IMG/VR virus record: IMGVR_UViG_3300045971_000409
Span: 1 to 64,000 of that record
Source: a virus
Strand: one strand, 5' to 3'
DNA length: 64,000 bases
The translations under genes and the position numbers were made by a program. Below are positions 39,308 through 48,133 of this stretch, piece after piece. Position 1 is the first letter of the stretch. The number at the start of each line of letters is the position of its first letter. Under the pieces are notes generated by a model that worked only from the letters and a program-made list of their open reading frames with translations, had not been told where the DNA came from and did no database searches.

Positions 39308-39564
39308 TAGAGATTGATCTAAGCAGCGTAGATAAGCCCATCATCAAGGTAGAAGGGGTTGAAGTACAAGATATATGTACTTCTCTCAATCTATCCGTAG
39401 ACGCAAAGACTTTAATGCCTACTGTAAAATTGCAATTAATTGCACCGACCATGAGCCCTATTCATGTAGACCGGTATCAAATTATTTTTGATTTGTCGGG
39501 TACCAGTTTGCAGGTAGCAAAAGCACTTAATACCGCCGTTCGAGAGAGGCTAGGACTTAGTTGA
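39304..39564 (+). CDS. Hypothetical protein
   Basis: ATGA coupling; GGAG RBS. Confidence 0.55.
   Translation: MIEIDLSSVDKPIIKVEGVEVQDICTSLNLSVDAKTLMPTVKLQLIAPTMSPIHVDRYQIIFDLSGTSLQVAKALNTAVRERLGLS
39431..39445 (+). repeat. Dispersed motif, copy 8 (intragenic)
   Basis: TGCAATTAATTGCAC. Confidence 0.9.
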
Positions 39565-39565
39565 T

Positions 39566-40078
39566 ATGAATTACTGGGTAACAGCAGACACGCATCTGGG
39601 GCACATGGCCATGATTGAAAAATGTGGCCGTCCCGACGACTTCTCCCGCAGGATTGTAAATAATACCGCGGCTATAGTACAAGAGGGGGACGTGCTCATA
39701 CATCTTGGAGACTTCTGCCTGTATGCGGACGAGTTCTGGAATGAGCAATTCTCCTCCAAGGTACTAGGCAAGCACTGGCTAGTCAGGGGGAATCATGACC
39801 GCAAGACCTCTTCGTGGTATCTCTCTCGGGGGTGGGATTGCGTAGTAGAACGCTTGGATATGTCCCTTTTTGGGGTGGATATAGCCTTCACCCACCGGCC
39901 AGTGTGGCCCCACATGCTTGAGGCGGGCCAACTGAATATCCACGGGCATCACCACAACACTCGGCACCACCCCGAAGATGAAGTTACCTTCCAGCATCGC
40001 TGCATTAATGTTGAGGACAACAACTACGGGCCGATAAATTTACGCAGGGTGATAGAAACCTGGGGGAAGAAATGCTAG
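39566..40078 (+). CDS. Calcineurin-like metallophosphoesterase
   Basis: DTHLGH, HLGDF, RGNHD, FTH, HGHHH. Confidence 0.9.
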   Translation: MNYWVTADTHLGHMAMIEKCGRPDDFSRRIVNNTAAIVQEGDVLIHLGDFCLYADEFWNEQFSSKVLGKHWLVRGNHDRKTSSWYLSRGWDCVVERLDMSLFGVDIAFTHRPVWPHMLEAGQLNIHGHHHNTRHHPEDEVTFQHRCINVEDNNYGPINLRRVIETWGKKC

Positions 40079-42339
40079 GGCAACCACTCATGACCGCTGC
40101 GGCGGCAATCTACCCTTACAAGACGGGCATGGAGAAGAAGTACACCCATGTGTCCCGCTACGGTGACCCCTTCGTCACTTACAAGTTGTCGGGGTACGGG
40201 GGCAACGCCTCCATCCACCTGCCACGGGCCATTTGTCCTATCGGCAAACTGGATAAGCGAGTAGTGGGGATACCGGTGTCCTTCCCCAAGGCCAACTTCA
40301 TTCCCCGTAATGAGGACCAGTCTGAGGCCGTAGATTACTGCTCCCAACTGCTACAAGGGGACGAGTCACACATCCTGGAAGCCCCCACGGGATGTCTTGT
40401 GGGTAGTACCGAGATAATTGTAAACAGGGCGGGGAAATCCGTAAGGACTACTCTGGAAGAAGCCTACCGCCACACGCACCCACCAACACCTGTACCTGAG
40501 GGCTATTGTTTTTGTGGGTGCGGAGGAAAGACAACAGTACCCGAGAGAACTAGAAGTCCAAAACGTCCCAAGGGAGTACCCTCTAAGTTTTTATTCAAGC
40601 ATGAGGGTAGAGTTCGTCAATGGAAAAACAGCATGCAGGTACGGTCTTTTTTAGGTACCCATATAGGGCTAAACAAGGCTAATGCGGTAGTACAATCGGG
40701 GGTGAAAGAGGTATACCGCCTTACTCTAGGGGATTGTAATTTTTTGGTGGGAACTAAAGACCACCCCATAATGACTACAGAAGGTTTCGTGCCTCTGGGG
40801 GACCTAACCCCTGACCACATGGTTATGTGTGATCGAGTACGCCCCACAAAGCAGGTAACTAAGGCCCCCAAAGTACGAGACAAGTATATCAATAACATGT
40901 GGAAGCACCCGTTTGCTGTACGCATAAGGACCACAAAAGAGGCCCGAGGGTACACCCGCAGAGTAGCCCTGCACGTAGCGATATTTGAGGCCAGGACCAA
41001 TAAATTGTCACTGGATGATTACATCACCGTATGCAGACTAGGTAAGACGTCCAATCTTGATTTGGTAGACCCTTCGATTTACGTGATACACCATAAGGAT
41101 GGTAACCACAGCAACAATAGTATTGATAATTTGCAAAAGATGTTGAGGGAAGACCACTACAGCCACCATGCTTCACCGCAGAATTTTGGAAATATGGTAC
41201 CTTATTACGTTCCTGTGGAGTCAGTTGTGTATGTGGGTGAGGAAATGACCTACGACATACAGTGCGAGGCCCCTCACCACAATTTTGTAGCCAATGGTAT
41301 TGTAGTACACAATTCCGGCAAGACTTTCATGGGTATGGCCATTGCCGCCAACATGGGGCTCTGTACCCTAGTCGTGGTACCCAAGACTGACCTCGTGGAC
41401 CAGTGGATAGTGGCAGCCAAAGGAGTGCTAGGACTCACCGATTCAGAGATAGGCATTGTCAAAGGGGACAAGTGTTCCTATGAGGGCAAGAAGCTGGTCA
41501 TTGGGTTGGTACACTCTCTGTGCAAAGAGGGTCGTTATCCAGACGCGCTCTACCGTCAATTCGGCCTCATCATCTTCGATGAAGTACACGTTATGGGAGC
41601 AGAAACCTTCTCCGAATTGGTCTGGCTATTCCCTGCCAAGTACCGACTGGGACTGTCGGCTACCCCCTACCGTAAAGATGGACGAGAGAGGCTGTTTACG
41701 GACCACATCGGGCAAGTCCTAGTGCGTATCGAGGGTAATGAATTACCCTTCCGTATTTTCCGCAAAGAGACCGGCTGGAAAGTACCCCGAGTCAAAAAGA
41801 AAAATCCCCAGACGGGAGCCTACGATATCATTCAACTGCCCCACAGTGCTGGAAAGCTCATGCACATTTTCAAGCTCATGGCAGGCAACGAGAAACGTAA
41901 TTCGATCATTGGGGACTTCGTGGCCAAGGCTTATACCGCAGGGAGAAACATTCTGGTAGTATCGGACCTCAAGGAAGATCACCTGGACCGACTCTACGCC
42001 CTCTTCGCCAAGCTCGGAGTGGCTCGTAAGGACATGGGCTACTACGTGGGCACCATGTCTAAGAAAGACTTGGAGATTTCCAAAGCCAAGCAGGTAATAC
42101 TGGCTACGTACGGGATGATTAACTTCGGGACCAATATCCCGTGGCTAGATACTCTAGTAATGGCTACCCCCAGGTCGGACGTAGTACAAATCGTGGGACG
42201 TATTCTGCGGGAATATCCTGACAAATCGGTACCCATAGTCTTCGACCCGGTAGATAGTGATAGTTCAGTAATGGCCAGTTATGCGGCCACTAGAAGAAAA
42301 TGGTACCTCAGCAAAGAAACCACGATAGAAGAGCATTGA
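40072..42339 (+). CDS. SF2 DEAD/DEAH-like helicase containing an intein
   Basis: Split Walker A APTG|SGKT, 'IIFDEVH', 'GLSATP', 'QIVGRILR'. Confidence 0.92.
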   Translation: MLGQPLMTAAAAIYPYKTGMEKKYTHVSRYGDPFVTYKLSGYGGNASIHLPRAICPIGKLDKRVVGIPVSFPKANFIPRNEDQSEAVDYCSQLLQGDESHILEAPTGCLVGSTEIIVNRAGKSVRTTLEEAYRHTHPPTPVPEGYCFCGCGGKTTVPERTRSPKRPKGVPSKFLFKHEGRVRQWKNSMQVRSFLGTHIGLNKANAVVQSGVKEVYRLTLGDCNFLVGTKDHPIMTTEGFVPLGDLTPDHMVMCDRVRPTKQVTKAPKVRDKYINNMWKHPFAVRIRTTKEARGYTRRVALHVAIFEARTNKLSLDDYITVCRLGKTSNLDLVDPSIYVIHHKDGNHSNNSIDNLQKMLREDHYSHHASPQNFGNMVPYYVPVESVVYVGEEMTYDIQCEAPHHNFVANGIVVHNSGKTFMGMAIAANMGLCTLVVVPKTDLVDQWIVAAKGVLGLTDSEIGIVKGDKCSYEGKKLVIGLVHSLCKEGRYPDALYRQFGLIIFDEVHVMGAETFSELVWLFPAKYRLGLSATPYRKDGRERLFTDHIGQVLVRIEGNELPFRIFRKETGWKVPRVKKKNPQTGAYDIIQLPHSAGKLMHIFKLMAGNEKRNSIIGDFVAKAYTAGRNILVVSDLKEDHLDRLYALFAKLGVARKDMGYYVGTMSKKDLEISKAKQVILATYGMINFGTNIPWLDTLVMATPRSDVVQIVGRILREYPDKSVPIVFDPVDSDSSVMASYAATRRKWYLSKETTIEEH
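40393..41313 (+). mobile_element. Intein (307 aa) with an HNH homing endonuclease
   Basis: Begins CLVGST; block B 'GTKDHP'; ends 'TYDIQC..HHNFVANGIVVHN' with +1 Ser; HNH 'IHHKDGNHSNNSIDNL'. Confidence 0.93.
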
Positions 42340-42364
42340 CAAAACTGTCAACACTAGGTACACT
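42336..42364 (+). promoter_or_regulatory. Sigma70-like promoter with an inverted repeat over the -35
   Basis: TTGACA-17-TACACT; TTGACA-aaac-TGTCAA. Confidence 0.75.
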
Positions 42365-42392
42365 CCGGGTATCTATTTTCAAGGAGGACAAT

Positions 42393-42839
42393 ATGCAAGA
42401 TAGAAACGCCTCATGGAGTGCCTGGTATAAGAAAAATTCGCAAAAGTATAACGCCCAGCGTAAAGCTCGATACCACACGGACCCTGAGTACCGGGAGAAG
42501 ATTCAAACCATAGCCCGAGAAAGTAAACGAGTACGGACGGCCAAACTAGAAGGCTCAGTCTTTCGAGTATGGGATGGTAAGCGTATCCTTGTCCACCGTA
42601 TAGGGGCTATTGCCGTGGCGGCCGGAGTAAATGTAGACTTCATTCGTCGCTTGGAGGAGAATGGTACCATCCCCAAACCTTCGTTCTCTGGCACCCAACG
42701 AGTGTACACGCAGTCTCAGGCTGATCTGATTCGCACGCTGGCTTACAAGTTGAAAACCACTTCGTCTCGCAAACTGTTTGCGAGCATTTGCTCCCAAGAG
42801 AGCATCAAAATCAAGGCCCAATGGCTTAAAGAAATTTGA
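42393..42839 (+). CDS. MerR-like HTH DNA-binding protein
   Basis: 'RIGAIAVAAGVNVDFIRRLEENGTIPKP....QRVYT'. Confidence 0.75.
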   Translation: MQDRNASWSAWYKKNSQKYNAQRKARYHTDPEYREKIQTIARESKRVRTAKLEGSVFRVWDGKRILVHRIGAIAVAAGVNVDFIRRLEENGTIPKPSFSGTQRVYTQSQADLIRTLAYKLKTTSSRKLFASICSQESIKIKAQWLKEI

Positions 42840-42864
42840 GCCCAACCCAGAGGAGGACATTGTT

Positions 42865-43224
42865 ATGGCAATCGTAAAAGGCGCAGCAAAACCGGTAGCG
42901 GCCCCACCCGTAGCGAACATCGAAACGGCCCAGGCCAAGGTAAACACCACCGTTGTGGAGAAATCCGGGGCCGTGGAAACCAGTGTCACGGAAGCAAATG
43001 AGCCCGTGGGGGACGTAATTGTCTCTGCGGAACCCATGGCCAATGTCGGCATCGGTCTGTCTGTAACCCGTAATCTCGGGGACTACAACTCCATCAAGAT
43101 GTCGGTGGATATCCACATCCCCTGCGCGGCCACCGAAGAGGGCATCCAGGAAGCCTACGAAGTCGGCAAGGCTTTCGTGGAAGACAAACTGAATGGTCTC
43201 ATTGTCGAGAACTGCGGCGAGTAG
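42865..43224 (+). CDS. Hypothetical protein
   Basis: GAGGAGG RBS; 'TRNLGDYNSIKMSV'. Confidence 0.7.
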   Translation: MAIVKGAAKPVAAPPVANIETAQAKVNTTVVEKSGAVETSVTEANEPVGDVIVSAEPMANVGIGLSVTRNLGDYNSIKMSVDIHIPCAATEEGIQEAYEVGKAFVEDKLNGLIVENCGE

Positions 43225-43263
43225 GGTAAGGTAGCTGGCTTAGAACGACGATGCCAGTACCCC

Positions 43264-43388
43264 AGGGGGGCAGTCATTGAGGGGCATTGATAGGACGTGT
43301 TATATAGGACAGTCGGGGGCTGCGCTCCTGCACACAAAGGTTCGAGTCCTTTAGCCCGTGTAGATGTAGTGACCTGAGCTGCCCCCCT
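43264..43388 (+). ncRNA. Candidate structured RNA with a tRNA T-arm-like element
   Basis: 10-bp closing stem AGGGGGGCAG/CTGCCCCCCT; AAAGG-TTCGAGT-CCTTT; GGGCT/AGCCC; no full cloverleaf. Confidence 0.4.
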
Positions 43389-43393
43389 TTATT

Positions 43394-43408
43394 TGCAATT
43401 AATTGCAC
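43394..43408 (+). repeat. Dispersed motif, copy 9 (upstream of recA)
   Basis: TGCAATTAATTGCAC. Confidence 0.9.
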
Positions 43409-43424
43409 ACACCAGAGGTGACGT

Positions 43425-44504
43425 ATGGCAGTTCTCGCAGTAGAGCAACCCAAGAAGGCCAAGGAATTCAAAGCAGATGAACTTATCAAGTCCTTCACCA
43501 AGAACATGGGGAAGGGCATCGTTTCTCTCGGCGGGCATCTGGTAGATATTGAGCGTCTACCCACCGGAGTATTCCCTTTCGATCTGGCTTCGGGTGGGGG
43601 CTTCCCTCTCGGCAAAATAGCCATTGTTTACGGACCCGAATCCAGCGGTAAGACCAACCTTCTACTCAGGGCTATGGCCATGTTCCAGTTCATCGCCCCC
43701 CACCTATCTATCGTATTCGTTGACCTGGAGCATGCCTGGGACCCGGTGTGGGCTGTTCTCATGGGGGTAGATGCCTCCAAGATTATTGTCATTCGCCCCG
43801 AGTATGCAGAACAAGCTGTGGATATCGTGGAAGGATTCATGCAGGCCGTGGATATTGGTCTGGTGGTTGTGGATTCTATCTCCGCATTCATCACGGAAAA
43901 TGAATCAGCCTCGTCGGCGGAAAAAGCCATAGTCGGGGGTTCTGCGGGGGTAGTTGGTAAGCTCCTGCGGAAAACAGTTGCCGTACAGAGTCGCATGGCT
44001 ATACTGGAACGATACCCCACCCTTCTCTGCACCAGTCAGACCCGCATGAAAATTGGGGTACTTCATGGTGACCCGGAAACCATGACTGGTGGACAGGCCC
44101 CCAAGTTCTACTCCTCCATGACTACTCGCTTGTATGGTAAGAACATCGTGGAAAAAGCTATCAACCCGAATCTCCCTGCCTACAAAGAGACCAGCATCAT
44201 CATCAAGAAATGGAAAGTACCTATCGTGGCTACGGCTGCATCGTACCAGATGAACATGATACCATGCCCCTCCGGTCCTGTCGGCTTTGTGGATGATTGG
44301 GCCACAGTCCAAACCTACGCCAAGAACTATGGTATCTTCGCCAAGGCAGATAAAGGGCCAGGATGGAAAGTAGGCACCACCCTATTCCCCACACTGGATG
44401 CTATACGCTCCCAAATGGACCTGGACCCTCACTATCGCAATGCCATTCGAGAAGAGATTTGCTCATTGGCACTGCAAGACCACACAGTAGCCCCCCAATC
44501 CTGA
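43425..44504 (+). CDS. recA: RecA-like recombinase
   Basis: 'GPESSGKT', 'FVDLEHAWDP', 'VVVDSI', 'GDPETMTGGQAPKFYSS'. Confidence 0.92.
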   Translation: MAVLAVEQPKKAKEFKADELIKSFTKNMGKGIVSLGGHLVDIERLPTGVFPFDLASGGGFPLGKIAIVYGPESSGKTNLLLRAMAMFQFIAPHLSIVFVDLEHAWDPVWAVLMGVDASKIIVIRPEYAEQAVDIVEGFMQAVDIGLVVVDSISAFITENESASSAEKAIVGGSAGVVGKLLRKTVAVQSRMAILERYPTLLCTSQTRMKIGVLHGDPETMTGGQAPKFYSSMTTRLYGKNIVEKAINPNLPAYKETSIIIKKWKVPIVATAASYQMNMIPCPSGPVGFVDDWATVQTYAKNYGIFAKADKGPGWKVGTTLFPTLDAIRSQMDLDPHYRNAIREEICSLALQDHTVAPQS

Positions 44505-44863
44505 TGGCCAGGGACCATACAGCCAAGTTTTTTGGTGGGACGGGGCAACACGAACACGGCCAACGCTCAGAGAAGAGACTGGCCAAATCCTTTCAAGCCC
44601 GGCTTACCCCCGCCTCGGGGGCTCTGTCTGGGGCCAAGAGCGATTTCGTGTTGCCCTCGTTTCGTTTCGAGGCCAAGTCAACCGTCAACAACAGCTTCTC
44701 CGTAAAGCTCGAAGTACTGGAAAAGATTACGCGGGAAGCAATGGAGACCAATCGGGAGCCGGTAGTAACCGTATCCTTTGTCACAGGCAATGGACAACCC
44801 AGACTATTCGGTGACTGGGTACTCATCCCTCAACACGTCTTCCGAGAACTCACCGAGGAGTAA
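44504..44863 (+). CDS. PD-(D/E)XK nuclease, Holliday-junction-resolvase-like
   Basis: 'G..SEKRLA', 'SGA..GAKSD', 'FEAKST'. Confidence 0.7.
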   Translation: MARDHTAKFFGGTGQHEHGQRSEKRLAKSFQARLTPASGALSGAKSDFVLPSFRFEAKSTVNNSFSVKLEVLEKITREAMETNREPVVTVSFVTGNGQPRLFGDWVLIPQHVFRELTEE

Positions 44864-44865
44864 GC

Positions 44866-45780
44866 ATGCCCATCCACTTCGTCAAGAAATTTGCGCCCGA
44901 AGCCACCATATCCCTGAAAGGACTTCTCCACTCGGAGATTGCAGGCTTTGAGAACGCACGCTGTCATAAGACTCTCCATGCCTCTGATGTTACGCGGGAA
45001 GAAAAAGAATTCTGTCCGCGGGAATTTGCTCTGATGGATATGACCGGGAAGAAACCCAAAGGTCAGTTTATCGGTACCTCCCTTCGCACTACCTTCGATT
45101 CAGGAGATGCCCTCAGTGATTTGGTACGGGAAAAATGGCTTCGTCGTCATGCCGTGGGCTCGTGGCGTTGCTTGAAGTGCGGAGTAATCCACAGCTTCTG
45201 TCTAGTACCAACCAAATGCGGGATAGAAAACTGCAACTCCCGGCTGTTCAAGTATAAGGAAGAGGTATTCATCAATCCTGTAACTGGACTCTCCGGCTCC
45301 CTTGACCTACTGGTAGCATTCCCCAAGGTACCCTTGCTCTTCATGGTGGAAGTAAAAACCATCGACAAAGACCAGTTCAAAGAATTACTGGTCCCTAAAG
45401 CAGAACACCGCACGAGGACCAATCTGTACCTGCGGCTTATCGAGAACTCTTTACACCCCAAGAAGCATCGCATAAATACCTCTAAGGCCGCCGTGCTTTA
45501 CGTCTGCCGGGGTTTTGGGGTCAAGGACACTACTCTGCATGGCTTGGGAGTCAAAGACGCTGCATTTACCCCTTTCAAGGATTATTGGGTTAAGCGGGAC
45601 GACGAGGAAACCGACTATCTTTGGGGTAGAGCTGCCCAGCTTCAAATCTTTCGTAAGCATGGAATCATCCCCGGTCGTATATGCCCTTCGTTCATGTGCA
45701 AGCGGGCACAGGGCTGTAACATGACCCATGAGTGTTTTACCGACCAGTACCCCCCTGATTATACGTGGTCCTTCACCTAA
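44866..45780 (+). CDS. Cas4-like PD-(D/E)XK exonuclease
   Basis: 'HASD...FCPRE', 'SGSLDLL', 'VEVKT', C-terminal Cys cluster; no CRISPR context. Confidence 0.75.
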   Translation: MPIHFVKKFAPEATISLKGLLHSEIAGFENARCHKTLHASDVTREEKEFCPREFALMDMTGKKPKGQFIGTSLRTTFDSGDALSDLVREKWLRRHAVGSWRCLKCGVIHSFCLVPTKCGIENCNSRLFKYKEEVFINPVTGLSGSLDLLVAFPKVPLLFMVEVKTIDKDQFKELLVPKAEHRTRTNLYLRLIENSLHPKKHRINTSKAAVLYVCRGFGVKDTTLHGLGVKDAAFTPFKDYWVKRDDEETDYLWGRAAQLQIFRKHGIIPGRICPSFMCKRAQGCNMTHECFTDQYPPDYTWSFT

Positions 45781-45789
45781 AGAATAATA

Positions 45790-45818
45790 TTGACAAAACT
45801 AGCAATATAACATATACT
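45790..45818 (+). promoter_or_regulatory. Sigma70-like promoter
   Basis: TTGACA-17-TATACT. Confidence 0.85.
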
Positions 45819-45850
45819 CATACTATACACACACTACAAGGAGGTACCTA

Positions 45851-46057
45851 ATGCCTTATACAGAGAAATGGTGGCTACTCGTCTTCGTAACTTATTTGGG
45901 AGGGGAAGTATATGGTCAAATGCTTTGGGACTCTTCCCTTACTTGTTGGATATTGGGTCATAAGGGTTCCATTTTAGTAGCGGCCCACCCCCTCACCCGA
46001 CAAGAGTACCAAATCATATTTAAGGAGTGGGGTGGATCGGAGGGGCCATGCCTATAA
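45851..46057 (+). CDS. Hypothetical protein
   Basis: AAGGAGGT RBS behind a promoter. Confidence 0.6.
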   Translation: MPYTEKWWLLVFVTYLGGEVYGQMLWDSSLTCWILGHKGSILVAAHPLTRQEYQIIFKEWGGSEGPCL

Positions 46058-46338
46058 TCATAAAAAAAGGCGTAGTATCTCTATCCAAAGTAAAAGAGCT
46101 ACTCCAAGAGATTACAGTCCCCAAACCCCCACCCGACTTGAAAATGCTTTGCGCTGGGGTAGGTAAACCGGTCGGTCCTGATTGGGTCATGACCCCCTGG
46201 GGTGCTTGGTGCCCTGTGTGTGGCTATAGAAGCTACTGGAATCTGGCGGCTCGTATCCATATAGGATTATCCGTTAATTGTCCCGTTATGGATTGCACCG
46301 CCCAACTTGTAGACCCTATTACGGAGAGCAAGTCATGA
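46048..46338 (+). CDS. Hypothetical Zn-finger protein
   Basis: GGAGG RBS; CPVC...CPVMDC. Confidence 0.55.
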   Translation: MPIIIKKGVVSLSKVKELLQEITVPKPPPDLKMLCAGVGKPVGPDWVMTPWGAWCPVCGYRSYWNLAARIHIGLSVNCPVMDCTAQLVDPITESKS

Positions 46339-46742
46339 CTGATTACATTCGACCATCAGGGCTAGGCACTATGAATTACCGTAATATTGCCTTAGCCATC
46401 GCCTGCGGGGCTCTCATTGAGGTAGAAAAAGAAGTTCAATCTCATAGTGCTATAGGCAGGGCGGCCAACAAAGCCAACGAGGCATTAGCCAAGGTACTGC
46501 AACTACTTCCAGATCGAATGAGTACTGAGGAAGTAGTTGCGGCCGGTAAACTCTTCTTCGTTATGGAAGCCCTTATCATCCACGCTAAGTCTGATGAATT
46601 TGCGGACATGGTAAAAGAAACTGCCAAGATTTTATGTAAGTGCAAAGACTGCGGATATAAGGGTAACAAAGAGCACTGCAAGACCTGTAACGATACACAC
46701 TATCATGGGGGGTGGGGGCCAAAATGGGACGATTCAAAGTAG
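46335..46742 (+). CDS. Hypothetical protein with a C-terminal Cys cluster
   Basis: ATGA coupling; CKDC...CKTC. Confidence 0.6.
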   Translation: MTDYIRPSGLGTMNYRNIALAIACGALIEVEKEVQSHSAIGRAANKANEALAKVLQLLPDRMSTEEVVAAGKLFFVMEALIIHAKSDEFADMVKETAKILCKCKDCGYKGNKEHCKTCNDTHYHGGWGPKWDDSK

Positions 46743-46924
46743 AGGTAGAAAACAGTCGCTTTGATTTATACGAGGAAAGCATAACAGGTACCTGTATTGT
46801 TCGTCATAATGAAAAATTCATTACGGCAGTACTTCTACAGGAGAAAGCAGATAAGAAGGAAGCGTTCTCCTACCCCTATTTTGAGGATTATGATTGGGAT
46901 GAAAAAATGGTTGTAAATCAGTAG
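46724..46924 (+). CDS. Hypothetical protein
   Basis: ORF track; tight packing. Confidence 0.45.
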   Translation: MGRFKVEVENSRFDLYEESITGTCIVRHNEKFITAVLLQEKADKKEAFSYPYFEDYDWDEKMVVNQ

Positions 46925-46945
46925 GTTATCAGTTAGTCTAGGCGG

Positions 46946-47281
46946 GTGCCCCGGTATATGCTGCGCGTTACCGGGTTGCCCTCCTGGACTTACCCCCCAC
47001 GGAGGGCCTTTTTTATGGTAGAACAAGAAGGAATACTGGCCAAAGTATACACCCGATCTTACAGCAATAAACTTTGCAAGGTAAAAAGCACCCACTGGTT
47101 TTATACCAATGATCTAAAAGAAGTTCATATCCAAATGGGCCGGGCAGGGTATGACATATCCCGGTACGAAGTAGAACCTTTCTACTATACAGCTACCCCC
47201 GAGCGAAAGTTCCTGCCGGTAGATCGCGTGCAATCAATTGCACACGTTTTACACGAAGGGGGAGTACCTATCTATGGATAA
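46946..47281 (+). CDS. Hypothetical protein
   Basis: ORF track. Confidence 0.5.
   Translation: MPRYMLRVTGLPSWTYPPRRAFFMVEQEGILAKVYTRSYSNKLCKVKSTHWFYTNDLKEVHIQMGRAGYDISRYEVEPFYYTATPERKFLPVDRVQSIAHVLHEGGVPIYG
47229..47243 (+). repeat. Dispersed motif, copy 10 (intragenic)
   Basis: gTGCAATCAATTGCAC. Confidence 0.9.
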
Positions 47282-47468
47282 CCCCATTGCAGTATGGATT
47301 GTTAGGCTGGATGCCGATTGCCCTGGCTGTGGTGACTCCGTAGACCTTACTGATGCTTCTGATTTTTGGGATGCAGACAATCATATCCAACCTGCGGAAA
47401 CTCGTTATGATTACGAAGTAGTATGCCCCAGGTGCGGACACGAATTCAAAGTTGACACACTATACTGA
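47274..47468 (+). CDS. Small Zn-ribbon protein
   Basis: GGAG RBS; CPGC...CPRC. Confidence 0.6.
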   Translation: MDNPIAVWIVRLDADCPGCGDSVDLTDASDFWDADNHIQPAETRYDYEVVCPRCGHEFKVDTLY

Positions 47469-47471
47469 GTC

Positions 47472-47681
47472 GTGCTACTAGGTAATTCCATGATACATCC
47501 AGAACTGCCATTCTATCTGTACCCACGATGGGCACGTAAAGCTGCCGAAAGGAAGTACGCACATGCAGATTCCACCCTCAACTCCGTTGCCCACGCTATG
47601 CGAGCCTATGCCCGAGAACTTGTGGATAAAGAAACTTCTAAACGAGACTCTAAGATTGGAAGTCGGCATGTCATTTTATGA
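47472..47681 (+). CDS. Hypothetical protein
   Basis: ORF track; fills the gap. Confidence 0.4.
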   Translation: MLLGNSMIHPELPFYLYPRWARKAAERKYAHADSTLNSVAHAMRAYARELVDKETSKRDSKIGSRHVIL

Positions 47682-48069
47682 TCGACTCCGAGGCTGGCTG
47701 ACTGAAACGGTTTGGAAAGGTCACACTCGCCCCCAAGAGTGGGTCATTCGCCAGGAGAAGATCAAAGAGGAGGACCGGGAAGCCCAAGAGGCTATGTCCA
47801 ACTTTGAGATGTGCCCTACCGAGGCCAACAAGATAGCCCTCATCAAAGAGGTGAGTGATAAAATCATCGCTTCTCTGGCTATGATTGAATTCCTGGGGGT
47901 GCGAAGCGAGGTAGCCCTGGGTCTGGTGCTGGACAACAATATCAAGCGGGCAGAGTGCGGTGGGATGTCTGATGGCATCTACCTCCACAGTCCTGAGGAT
48001 AAAATGGCCTTCAAGATTCAAATCCACGAAGAATTATCCGCGGCCTCAAGAAATACCTTGCAAGTTTAA
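47668..48069 (+). CDS. MazG-like nucleotide pyrophosphohydrolase
   Basis: 'KIKEEDREAQEA...IKEVSD' acidic EExxE...ExxD pattern; 'NNIKR'. Confidence 0.5.
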   Translation: MSFYDRLRGWLTETVWKGHTRPQEWVIRQEKIKEEDREAQEAMSNFEMCPTEANKIALIKEVSDKIIASLAMIEFLGVRSEVALGLVLDNNIKRAECGGMSDGIYLHSPEDKMAFKIQIHEELSAASRNTLQV

Positions 48070-48086
48070 AAGGAATATCCTATACT
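48058..48086 (+). promoter_or_regulatory. Sigma70-like promoter (TTGC class)
   Basis: TTGCAA-17-TATACT, continuing TACACTATA. Confidence 0.75.
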
Positions 48087-48133
48087 TACACTATAAACAT
48101 TCACCAGCGACACTACACGGAGGTAATTGACTA

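Noticed and set aside
43281-43360. Canonical tRNA gene
   Set aside because: Only a T-arm and a short acceptor-like stem are present, with no D arm, anticodon arm or CCA. Kept only as a candidate tRNA-like element.
44866-45780. Cas4-like gene as evidence of a CRISPR-Cas system
   Set aside because: There is no repeat-spacer array or other cas gene; stand-alone Cas4-like nucleases are common in phage recombination modules.
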